Shown one piece after another: positions 48,181 through 57,197 of a stretch of DNA of 64,000 bases. Every line of letters starts with the position of its first letter. The stretch's first letter is position 1. Both the position numbers and the translations under genes were made by a program. This DNA is from Alphaproteobacteria bacterium (GTDB lineage Bacteria; Pseudomonadota; Alphaproteobacteria; SP197), in NCBI GenBank assembly GCA_965228895.1, contig OZ245842.1:4480001-4544000 (forward strand), given 5' to 3'. The notes beneath the pieces were generated by a model, which was given only the letters and a program-made list of their open reading frames with translations, was not told where the DNA came from and ran no database searches.

Positions 48181-49371
48181 ATGGAACAGACCCCGCCAGC
48201 ATCTGACTGGGAAACCGATCTTCCCTTCGGCCTGCCTTTCAGTCCGGAGGAGTACCAGGACCGGCTCGCCCGCGTGCGCGCCGCGATGGCCGCCGCCGAT
48301 CTTGACCTGTTGCTCGTCACGAGCCCTGAGAACATCTATTGGCTGACCGGCTACCGCACCACCGGTTACTACGTCTATCAGCTGCTGGTCGTTCCCGCCG
48401 ACGGCGAGGCCGTCTTTGTCACCAGCAGGCTTGAAGGCGAAGCGGTTCGCGCGCTGAGCTGGATCAAGGGCAACGTCACCGTCTTCATGGGTGACGACGA
48501 GGTCGCCGCCAGCCTGGATGCGGCGCGTAGGGCTTGCGCAACGATCCGACGCTTCGGCTACGAGGAACGCGGCTTTTGGCTGCCGCCGCGCATTCTGGAT
48601 GCGTTTCGCGAGACCTTCGGACAACGTGCCGGCCTGGCGGCAGGCAACATCATGGAAGACGCGCGGCGCATCAAGTCGCCGGCTGAGATCACCTGTATTC
48701 GCGAAGCCGCGCGGATAGCCTCCGTGGGCATGGCCGCCGGTATCGCGGCCGTCGAACCGGGCCGGACCGAGAACGTCATTGCCGGGGCGGTCTTCGCCGC
48801 CATGATGGAAGCGGGCGGCGAACAGCCGGCCGGCGGCCCTTATGTGGTGGCGGGGCCGCGCGCGGCGGTGACCCATATGCTGCCGGAGCGCGCGGTCGTT
48901 CAGACCGGCGAGCCCGTCTACTTCGAGGTCGGCGGCTGTTACCGCCGCTATTCCGGCTCCCTGATGCGCATGGCCTGTGCCGGCCCGCCATCGAACGAGA
49001 TGGCCAGCCGGGCCGGCGTCATGATCGAGGCGCTGGAAGCCATGATCGCGGCGATCCGTCCGGGTGTCGCCAGCCAGGATATCGACCGCGCCGGCCGTCA
49101 GATCGTTGAAAAGGCGGGGTTCGCGGATTGCTTTCGCCACCGTGCCGGTTACTCCCTGGGCGTCGCCTTCGCGCCCGGCTGGGGTGAAGGGCTGGTGATG
49201 GACATCGCCGAGGGTAACGACAGACCGCTTGCCGCCGGCATGGTGTTCCATCTGGTGCCGATGGCCGGCTTCCGCGGCTGGGGCAACATGGGTTTCAGTG
49301 AAACCGTGTTGGTTACTGACGAAAGCTGTGAGGTTTTGACTGATATGCCGCGAGAGCTCGCCGTTTGCTGA
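48181..49371 (+). CDS. M24/creatinase-fold hydrolase (ectoine hydrolase DoeA/EutD-like)
   Basis: FSPEEYQDRL, ENIYWLTGY, FEVGGCYRRY, GYSLGVAFAPGWGE, GMVFHL. Confidence 0.8.
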   Translation: MEQTPPASDWETDLPFGLPFSPEEYQDRLARVRAAMAAADLDLLLVTSPENIYWLTGYRTTGYYVYQLLVVPADGEAVFVTSRLEGEAVRALSWIKGNVTVFMGDDEVAASLDAARRACATIRRFGYEERGFWLPPRILDAFRETFGQRAGLAAGNIMEDARRIKSPAEITCIREAARIASVGMAAGIAAVEPGRTENVIAGAVFAAMMEAGGEQPAGGPYVVAGPRAAVTHMLPERAVVQTGEPVYFEVGGCYRRYSGSLMRMACAGPPSNEMASRAGVMIEALEAMIAAIRPGVASQDIDRAGRQIVEKAGFADCFRHRAGYSLGVAFAPGWGEGLVMDIAEGNDRPLAAGMVFHLVPMAGFRGWGNMGFSETVLVTDESCEVLTDMPRELAVC

Positions 49372-49435
49372 CGTGGGCATTGAGTAGAATGCCCGAATCA
49401 ACATCACACCCATCAACAACCATGGATCAGGGCCG

Positions 49436-49894
49436 ATGGACCTAGCCGACGACGAGCTGCTGAGCTTCGCCTATGGCTCGAACATGGCGAGCCGGTATCT
49501 GCGCCAGGAATGCCCGTCGGCAACCGCCGTCATGCGCGCGGTTCTGCCCAACTACCGCATCGAGTTCCGCCGCTTCTCGACCAATTTGAAGGGCGGGATC
49601 AGCACGATCATGGAAGCGCCGGGCCATCTGGTCCATGGCGTCCTCTATCGCATCCGCCACGCCGACTTTGACGCGCTGGATGTTTTGGAGAACCTCGGCG
49701 AAGGCCTTTACCGGCGCGAGACGTTCCTGGTCCTTGGCGAGGACGGGCAATGGCATCAAGGTGACCTCTACCGTGTCGCCCATCCGGCCGGACCGTTCAA
49801 GGTGGCGCCGTCTTATCTGGCCCTGATGCTGGAAGGCGCGCGCGAACACGCCCTGCCCGATGCCTACGTCAAATCCCTCGAAGCGCTGGCCTAA
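49436..49894 (+). CDS. Gamma-glutamylcyclotransferase family protein
   Basis: FAYGSNM, VHGVLY, LDVLE, PSYL...GAREH.LP..Y. Confidence 0.85.
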   Translation: MDLADDELLSFAYGSNMASRYLRQECPSATAVMRAVLPNYRIEFRRFSTNLKGGISTIMEAPGHLVHGVLYRIRHADFDALDVLENLGEGLYRRETFLVLGEDGQWHQGDLYRVAHPAGPFKVAPSYLALMLEGAREHALPDAYVKSLEALA

Positions 49895-51174
49895 TCACCG
49901 CCGCCGGTGACAAGGTTCTGCGCCAGCGCCCGCGCTTCGGCAGCCTGTTCGTCGGTAAGGGCGTCGCCAAAGTCGGCCTCCAGCTGGTGCGCACGGATGT
50001 AGTCGAGCCCGGGATCAGTGTTCGCAAGCGCGACAATCGCCCAGGCATAAGCCAGCACCGGGTCCGCATCGACGTCTGTTCCGGTGGCGTAGCGTTCGGC
50101 CAGATCAAGTTGCGCGGCAAGCAGCCCCCAGCGCGCGGCCTCCAGCACCTGATCAAATTGGCTGACGCCTTCCGGGCGCATATAGAAGACGCCGTTCGGC
50201 TGGCTGGACAGGACATAGACCGCATCGGCCATGCCCGCTTCCTTCGCGTCTTCGAGCAAGGGCAGGCGCAGGTTGTTCATCGGCACAATGCCCCAGCCAT
50301 CCTTTGCCATCATGGCCAGGCCATAGATGGCCGGGCCATAACCGTGACGTCCGCCGACAAGATACCAGTCCGAAGCGGTCTCCTGGTCGGCCGGGCCGAT
50401 GCGCGCCAGGCGGTACATGTCGCCCATCAGGGCGCCGGCGGCGGCTTCATCGCGTTCCCCGGCAACTTCAAGCAGCTCGACGGCACGCGCATAGTCGCCG
50501 CTTCGGATGGCAAGCCGGGCTTGCTTCACCTCGTCGCTGTCGGTTTCGGGCGACATGCCGGGCCAGGTCCAGTCGGCGTAACCGGCATCGGGAACAATGG
50601 TGATGCCCCAGATTTCCGGCGGCACACCTTCGACAATGACGGCAACGCCATCAATCACGCGAACGACGCGTTGGGGCGAACCCGGCCAACCGAGCCAGGA
50701 TTCCGACATGATCCCATAGAGCCACTTGGCGCTCGGCGTCATCGCCGCGCGTACGGGGTCGTCTTCGGCCGAGAAGGTCGGTCCCTCGGGCGTTGGACCC
50801 GCCACGTCGGTCAGGATAGCCGCCACCGCTTCAACACGATGCCTCAGGTTTTCCCAAGGCGGAACGAGAATGAACTGTATCTGGCGGGTTCCACCGCTCT
50901 CGCCCGGGTAGATAACAACGCTTATGCCCTGACCTTCGATTGTGTCAGCGCCCGTCTCTCCGGCACCGCCAACAAGCAGCGGCCCGACATAGCGATCGTT
51001 AACGTTTTCGAATCGCTCGTCCGTGAAGGCACCAGTCTCGATCAGCTTGTCCGCCACGGCCCGAGGGCTGAGCGAAAACTCATCGGCTCTTGTTTGGTCA
51101 GGTGTAATGACAAGTGTGATCAAAACCGCGAGAACGGCGCAACACAAGAAAAACGCGGAGAATTGACGCGGCAT
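49891..51174 (-). CDS. Exported protein with C-terminal Sel1-like repeats
   Basis: Hydrophobic N-terminal signal/anchor; MGDMY, AIYGLAMM, AQLDLAERYATGTDVDADPVLAYAW Sel1 pattern. Confidence 0.7.
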   Translation of the reverse strand: MPRQFSAFFLCCAVLAVLITLVITPDQTRADEFSLSPRAVADKLIETGAFTDERFENVNDRYVGPLLVGGAGETGADTIEGQGISVVIYPGESGGTRQIQFILVPPWENLRHRVEAVAAILTDVAGPTPEGPTFSAEDDPVRAAMTPSAKWLYGIMSESWLGWPGSPQRVVRVIDGVAVIVEGVPPEIWGITIVPDAGYADWTWPGMSPETDSDEVKQARLAIRSGDYARAVELLEVAGERDEAAAGALMGDMYRLARIGPADQETASDWYLVGGRHGYGPAIYGLAMMAKDGWGIVPMNNLRLPLLEDAKEAGMADAVYVLSSQPNGVFYMRPEGVSQFDQVLEAARWGLLAAQLDLAERYATGTDVDADPVLAYAWAIVALANTDPGLDYIRAHQLEADFGDALTDEQAAEARALAQNLVTGGGD

Positions 51175-51418
51175 CGATCGATGTTTCGTTGAAATGGGCA
51201 AAGTCTTACGCATCACGGAACTGTCCTGCTTGATGGATCGACCATAAACGGGCAATGATTGGAGAACAGATCCGAGAACCCTTTGGGCTCACGCTTATTG
51301 ACATATCGAGTGTCAAAATGCGACTCCTAGAGGCAGATACGGGACAAGAAGCGGAACAACCGCCGTCCGAAAAAATGGAGACGAACAGTCCGTCTGGGTG
51401 AGGATACACAACGAAACC

Positions 51419-52540
51419 ATGGCCGAAGCTGGGCATAGCACGGTGGCTGGAAGTAACGAGCCGCTGGTACGTTTTGAGCACGTTCAAAAAACCTATGATG
51501 GCGAGATCCTCGTCGTCAAAGACCTCAATCTGAATATTGAGCGTGGTGAATTCATAACGCTGTTGGGGCCATCGGGCTCCGGCAAGACGACGACGTTGAT
51601 GATGTTGGCGGGTTTCGAGTCCGCGACACATGGCGACATCGTCTTGAACGGCTCGTCTCTGAAGACCGTGCCGCCGCACAAGCGCGACATCGGCATGGTG
51701 TTCCAGAACTATGCGCTGTTTCCGCACATGACGGTGTCGGAGAACCTGGCGTTTCCGCTTCAGGCCCGGCGCATGCCGAAGTCCGAGCAAAAGGAAAAGA
51801 TCCAACGCGCCCTCGATATGGTCGAGCTCGGCGCGTTCGGCACCCGCCGTCCCGGCCAGCTTTCCGGCGGTCAACAGCAGCGTGTCGCCCTGGCCCGCGC
51901 CCTGGTGTTCGAGCCACAACTGGTTCTGATGGACGAGCCCCTGGGCGCGCTGGACAAGAACCTGCGCGAGCAGATGCAGCTCGAAATCAAGCATATTCAC
52001 GAGAACCTTGGCGTGACCGTGGTCTACGTGACTCACGATCAAAGCGAAGCGCTGACCATGTCGAACCGCATTGCGGTGTTCGACGACGGTGTCATTCAGC
52101 AGCTCGCGACGCCGAGCCAGCTCTACGAACAACCGGAAAACGCCTTTGTCGCGGCGTTCATCGGCGAGAACAACCGGCTGCTGGGCACCGTCAAGGCGTC
52201 CAATGGCGGTATGTGCGAGGTCGACCTGGACAGCGGCGAGCATGTCCGCGCTCTGTCGATCAAGATCGATGGCGTCGGCAGCCGGACGACGTTGTCGCTC
52301 AGGCCCGAAAGCGTCACGATCGACCCGTCCGACCAGCAGTGCGACAACGTGTTCGACGCCAAGGTCGAAGAGCTGATCTATCTGGGCGATCACACGCGTG
52401 TGCGCGCCAATGTGTGCGGCCACGACGATTTTGTGATCAAGGTGCCACGCACGACCGGCGCACCATCGCTGGCGGAAGGCAACACAATCCGAATCGGCTG
52501 GCGGTCCGAAGACTGTCGGGCGTTGGATGCGGCCTCTTGA
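51419..52540 (+). CDS. Polyamine-type ABC transporter ATPase (PotA-like)
   Basis: GPSGSGKT, VFQNYALFPH, LSGGQQQR, DEPLGALD, TOBE-like tail. Confidence 0.93.
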   Translation: MAEAGHSTVAGSNEPLVRFEHVQKTYDGEILVVKDLNLNIERGEFITLLGPSGSGKTTTLMMLAGFESATHGDIVLNGSSLKTVPPHKRDIGMVFQNYALFPHMTVSENLAFPLQARRMPKSEQKEKIQRALDMVELGAFGTRRPGQLSGGQQQRVALARALVFEPQLVLMDEPLGALDKNLREQMQLEIKHIHENLGVTVVYVTHDQSEALTMSNRIAVFDDGVIQQLATPSQLYEQPENAFVAAFIGENNRLLGTVKASNGGMCEVDLDSGEHVRALSIKIDGVGSRTTLSLRPESVTIDPSDQQCDNVFDAKVEELIYLGDHTRVRANVCGHDDFVIKVPRTTGAPSLAEGNTIRIGWRSEDCRALDAAS

Positions 52541-52653
52541 TGAGGCCGATAACAGGGCTGCACAGCGGCCCATCGAAGGAGGCATGCGTGGCGGACGATA
52601 ACCCCGGTTCGTTCGCCGACACTCCTACTCTGAAGCAAGGGAGAAGCTACAAT

Positions 52654-53730
52654 ATGACCCGTTTGTGGAAGACAACGATGGCGGCGCTTGGTGGCGTTGC
52701 CGTGATTGGTCTGGCGGGCACGGGTCCCGCCACGGCCGAAGAAACGATAACCGTCGCCTCCTGGGGCGGCGCTTACTCCATGAGCCAGCGCGAGGCCTAT
52801 TACAAGCCGGCCGCCAAAGAGATCAACCTGACCATTCTGGAAGACGAGTGGACCGGCACGATCCCGGAAATCCGCGTCCAGGTTGAGACCGGCGAGTACA
52901 AATGGCACGTGATCGACTCCGAAGGCGGCACCATTCTGGCTGCCTGTGACGAAGGTCTTGCTTACGAGTTCGACTACGAGATGTTCGGTGGCCGTGACGG
53001 ATTCCTACCGAACGCCGCGCTTGATTGCGGTGTCGGCACGATCTCCTGGGCGACGATCTATGCCTATGACGGCGACGTCTACTCCGATCCGGCGTCCGCG
53101 CCATCGACGGTTGACGACTTCTTCGATGTCGAGAAGTTCCCGGGCAAGCGTGGCCTTTATGCCAACGGCTTCGGTCACACCATGCAGATGGCGCTGATCG
53201 CCGACGGCGTGTCCGCCGCCGAGCTGGCCAACTACATGAACGACAATCCGCAGGAAGCCATTGATCGGGCGTTCGCCAAGCTCGACTCAATCAAGGACCA
53301 CGTCATCTATTGGGACTCCGGTGCCATGGCGCCGCAGCTTCTGGCGGATGGTGAAGTGGTCATGACCACCGCCTGGAACGGCCGTATCTACAACGCGGTT
53401 GTCGAAGAAGGCAAAAACTTCAAGATCGTCTGGGACGGTCAGGGCATCGACTATGACTATTGGATGATCCCGGCCGGCCATCCCGAGACCGATCTGGGCT
53501 TGAAGTTCATCGAGTACGCAAGCCGTCCCGACGTCATGGCCCGTCAGTCCCAGTACATCTCGTACGGACCGACGACCTATGCCGCGGGTGAACTGATCAA
53601 CCCGGACATCGCCCAGCATCTGCCGACTGCACCGCAGAACACGGGTAATGCCTATTGGGTCGATACGGTCTGGTGGGGCGACCACGTTGAAGAGCTCACA
53701 GAGCGTTTCAACGTCTGGCGCAGCCAGTAA
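52654..53730 (+). CDS. ABC transporter substrate-binding protein (PotD/PotF-like)
   Basis: Signal peptide, ITVASWGGAY, DFFDVEKFPGKRGL, AWNGR. Confidence 0.9.
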   Translation: MTRLWKTTMAALGGVAVIGLAGTGPATAEETITVASWGGAYSMSQREAYYKPAAKEINLTILEDEWTGTIPEIRVQVETGEYKWHVIDSEGGTILAACDEGLAYEFDYEMFGGRDGFLPNAALDCGVGTISWATIYAYDGDVYSDPASAPSTVDDFFDVEKFPGKRGLYANGFGHTMQMALIADGVSAAELANYMNDNPQEAIDRAFAKLDSIKDHVIYWDSGAMAPQLLADGEVVMTTAWNGRIYNAVVEEGKNFKIVWDGQGIDYDYWMIPAGHPETDLGLKFIEYASRPDVMARQSQYISYGPTTYAAGELINPDIAQHLPTAPQNTGNAYWVDTVWWGDHVEELTERFNVWRSQ

Positions 53731-53743
53731 GACAAGACTGGTC

Positions 53744-53802
53744 CGAGGTACGCGGGGTCATTGCTCCGCGTACCTCGTGATCACCGCAAGACCTCGGTGA
53801 TC
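53744..53802 (+). other. Intercistronic stem-loops after the binding-protein gene (mRNA stabiliser or partial terminator)
   Basis: CGAGGTACGCGG...CCGCGTACCTCG 12-bp stem followed by GATCACCG...CGGTGATC. Confidence 0.6.
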
Positions 53803-53819
53803 GTTCAGGGAGCGAAAGC

Positions 53820-55085
53820 GTGAGCGCTACGGCAGATTCAGGCAATGTGATGATGACAGCGGACGGTGTTCCGCTGAAGATCAAGCTGCGCCGTGCCGAA
53901 CGGATGCGCAAAGTCTGGGCTCTCGCCCTCATCGCACCGCTCTTCCTGTTTCTACTCGTAACCTTCATCTATCCGATCGCCGAGCTCCTGACGCTGAGTG
54001 TCAAGGAACCGGCCTTCGTCGAGACGCTGCCTGAGACCACGCCCATGCTGGAATCGTGGGACGGTCAAGGCTACCCGCCGGACGAGACCATCGCATCGTT
54101 CGCGCGCGAGATCGCACAGGCGCGCGAAGACCGCACGCTGGGCGCTGTCGCGCGGCGTTTGAACTACGACATTTCCGGCTACCGCTCTTTAATCATGAAG
54201 ACGTCGAAAAAGATCGGCGAGTCCTTGAGTCTGCCGGACGATCAGATGCTCGACGCCTTTATCGATATCGACAGGCGATGGGAAGACACGACCTATTGGG
54301 CACCGTTGAAAACGGCGACACCGCCGTTGACCGACTATTATCTGCTTTGGGCTGTCGACCACACGCGCGATGTCGACGGCAACATCGTGTCCGTTGACGA
54401 TAACCGCAAAATCTATCTCGATGTCCTCTGGCGTACGGTCGAGATCAGCATCTTTGTCACGCTCATCTGCTTCCTGCTCGGCCTGCCGATCTCGTATCTT
54501 CTGGCAACTCTGCCGACAGCGAAGAGCAACCTGCTTTTGATCCTGCTGCTGCTGCCGTTCTGGACATCGCTTCTGGTGCGCACGACCGCATGGCTTGTGC
54601 TGCTGCAATCAGAGGGCCTGGTGAATGACTTCGGTCTTTGGATCGGTTTGTGGAACGAGCCGCTGGAGCTGATCCGCAACCGGCTCGGGGTCTATATCGC
54701 CATGGTGCACATCCTGCTGCCGTTCATGGCCTTGCCCATGTTCTCGGTCATGAAAGGCATCAACCCCTGGCACATGCGCGCAGCGCTGTCGCTCGGCGCG
54801 ACACCGTTCGCCGCCTTCATGAAGGTCTATCTGCCGCAATGCGTGCCTGGCATTGGCGCCGGTTGCCTGCTCGTCTTCATTCTGTCGCTGGGTTACTACA
54901 TTACGCCGGCCCTGGTCGGCGGGCCCGACGATCAGATGATCAGCTATTTCATCGTGTCGAACACCAACCAGACCCTGAACTGGGGCTTGGCCGCGGCGCT
55001 CAGCGTGATCTTGTTGGCCATGACGCTGGTGATGTTCTTGATGTACAACCGCCTTGTCGGCGTCGACAAGCTGAAGCTGGGATAG
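53820..55085 (+). CDS. ABC transporter permease (PotB-like, long periplasmic loop)
   Basis: LLPFWTSLLVRT, HILLPFM, AALSLGA, LGYYITPALVGG. Confidence 0.92.
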   Translation: MSATADSGNVMMTADGVPLKIKLRRAERMRKVWALALIAPLFLFLLVTFIYPIAELLTLSVKEPAFVETLPETTPMLESWDGQGYPPDETIASFAREIAQAREDRTLGAVARRLNYDISGYRSLIMKTSKKIGESLSLPDDQMLDAFIDIDRRWEDTTYWAPLKTATPPLTDYYLLWAVDHTRDVDGNIVSVDDNRKIYLDVLWRTVEISIFVTLICFLLGLPISYLLATLPTAKSNLLLILLLLPFWTSLLVRTTAWLVLLQSEGLVNDFGLWIGLWNEPLELIRNRLGVYIAMVHILLPFMALPMFSVMKGINPWHMRAALSLGATPFAAFMKVYLPQCVPGIGAGCLLVFILSLGYYITPALVGGPDDQMISYFIVSNTNQTLNWGLAAALSVILLAMTLVMFLMYNRLVGVDKLKLG

Positions 55086-55089
55086 AACG

Positions 55090-55917
55090 ATGGCGCTACC
55101 CGCTTACGCTGGCCCTTGGGATCGTGTCTGGTACTACATGTTCCGGCTGATCTGCGTTGCGATCTTCTTTTTCCTGATCGCGCCGATCATTGTCATCATG
55201 CCGCTGTCGTTCAACGCGGAGCCCTACTTCACCTATCCGATGCCGGGCTTCTCGATCCGGTGGTATGAGGACTTCTTCACCAATCCCCAATGGCTCTTGG
55301 GTCTGAAGAACAGCGTCATCATCGGCTTTTTCGCAACGCTCATCGCCTCGGTGCTCGGCACCCTCGCCGCACTCGGCATGAACCGTGCGGTCTTCCCGGG
55401 CAAGACGGTCATCCTGGCCGTGTTGATCTCGCCTATGGTCGTGCCGATCGTCATCACCGCCGTCGGCATGTTCTATTTCTACGCTCAGATCGGCCTGACC
55501 GGCACGTTGGCGGGTTTGATTTTGGCGCACGCCGCCCTTGGTGTGCCGTTTGTCGTCATCACCGTCAGCGCGACCCTGGTTGGCTTCGACCACAATCTGG
55601 TCCGCGCGGGCGCCAGCCTGGGCGGCTCGCCGGTCAACGTGTTCTTCAAGATCACCTTCCCTCTGATTCTGCCCGGCATCGTCTCCGGCGCGCTGTTCGC
55701 CTTCATCATCTCGTGGGACGAACTGGTGGTCGCGATCATGTTGGCGACGACCGAGGAACACACCCTGCCGCGCAGGATGTGGAGCGGTATTCGCGAGCTC
55801 TTGTCGCCGACCATCACGGCGGTCGCCACCATGCTGATCCTGATCTCCATCTTCTTGATGGTGGTGATGGAAATGCTGCGCCGTCGTACCGAGCGCATGC
55901 GCGGCATCCGCAACTAG
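55090..55917 (+). CDS. ABC transporter permease (PotC-like)
   Basis: FSIRWY, SPMVVP, AGASLGG, SWDELVV. Confidence 0.92.
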   Translation: MALPAYAGPWDRVWYYMFRLICVAIFFFLIAPIIVIMPLSFNAEPYFTYPMPGFSIRWYEDFFTNPQWLLGLKNSVIIGFFATLIASVLGTLAALGMNRAVFPGKTVILAVLISPMVVPIVITAVGMFYFYAQIGLTGTLAGLILAHAALGVPFVVITVSATLVGFDHNLVRAGASLGGSPVNVFFKITFPLILPGIVSGALFAFIISWDELVVAIMLATTEEHTLPRRMWSGIRELLSPTITAVATMLILISIFLMVVMEMLRRRTERMRGIRN

Positions 55918-55995
55918 GACCAACGTCTCTAGACTATCCCGTGTCGGGCGCCGACTTGTGGCGCGCCGATTGCCCTTTGAATGGAACCGAATGCC

Positions 55996-57192
55996 ATGGA
56001 CGATCTTCTTGTCATCGAGAACGGCGAGCGGGTCGCCGGCACCTTTTCCGAGACCGAAATGGCCGCGCGGCGGACCAAACTCCGCGCCATGATGGCCAAG
56101 AACGACATCGACGCTGTCGTCTTCACGTCGATGCACAACATCCACTACTTCAGCGATTTCCTCTATTGCAGCTTCGGCCGGCCCTATGGCCTGGCGGTAA
56201 CTCAGGATCGCGCGACCGCCATCTGCGCCAACATCGACTACGGCCAGCCTTGGCGGCGCACTGGCGATACGCTGACATATACGGACTGGCGTCGTGACAA
56301 CTATGTCCGCGCCGTTCAGGAGCTGATTGGTAAGGCGTCACGGATCGGCGTCGAACACGATCACATCTCGGTCGAGAACCTCGACAAGCTGAAGACCGCG
56401 ATGGACGGCGCCGACTTCGTCGATATCAGCAAGCTCACCATGGCGATGCGCATGCTGAAATCCGACGAGGAGATCGCGCTCATCAAGAGCGCCACCCAGA
56501 TCGCCGATATCGGCGGCCGGGCGTGCGCCGATGCGGTCGGAGTCGGCGTCGCCGAACACGAGGTGGCGCTTGCCTCAACCGACGCCATGGTGCGCGAGAT
56601 CGCCCGGCGTCATCCCGATTCCGAGATCCGCGATACCTGGGTCTGGTTCCAGTCGGGCGTCAACACCGATGGCGCCCATAACCCCGTCACCACCCGCAAG
56701 ATCGAAGCGGGCGACATCCTGAGCCTTAACTGCTTTCCCATGGTCGCCGGCTATTATGTCGCGTTGGAGCGCACGCTCTTCTGCAAGCACGCGTCCGACG
56801 AACATATGCGGCTCTGGGAGATCAACTGCGAGGTCTATCGCCGCGGTTTGGAACTGGTGAAGCCGGGCGCGCGCTGCTGCGATATCGCCAACGAACTGAA
56901 CGGCATCTACGAAGGCTACGGCGTGCTCGACAAACGCACCTTCGGCTACGGCCACTCGTTCGGTGTTCTGTCTCATTACTACGGGCGCGAAGCGGGCCTC
57001 GAACTGCGCGAGGATATCGAGACAGAGCTCAAACCCAATATGGTCGTCTCGATCGAGCCCATGATCACGATACCGGAAGGCGCGCCAGGCGCCGGCGGTT
57101 ACCGCGAACACGACATACTGGTCGTGACTGAGAACGGCGCCGACAACATCACCGGTTTCCCGGTCGGCCCGGAGCACAACATCGTCGGCTGA
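55996..57192 (+). CDS. Creatinase (creatine amidinohydrolase)
   Basis: FLYCSFGRPYG, TDWRRDNY, DTWVWFQSGVNTDGAHNPVT, LSLNCFPM, FGYGHSFGVLSHYYGREAGLELRED, GGYREHDIL. Confidence 0.92.
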   Translation: MDDLLVIENGERVAGTFSETEMAARRTKLRAMMAKNDIDAVVFTSMHNIHYFSDFLYCSFGRPYGLAVTQDRATAICANIDYGQPWRRTGDTLTYTDWRRDNYVRAVQELIGKASRIGVEHDHISVENLDKLKTAMDGADFVDISKLTMAMRMLKSDEEIALIKSATQIADIGGRACADAVGVGVAEHEVALASTDAMVREIARRHPDSEIRDTWVWFQSGVNTDGAHNPVTTRKIEAGDILSLNCFPMVAGYYVALERTLFCKHASDEHMRLWEINCEVYRRGLELVKPGARCCDIANELNGIYEGYGVLDKRTFGYGHSFGVLSHYYGREAGLELREDIETELKPNMVVSIEPMITIPEGAPGAGGYREHDILVVTENGADNITGFPVGPEHNIVG

Positions 57193-57197
57193 CGCCG

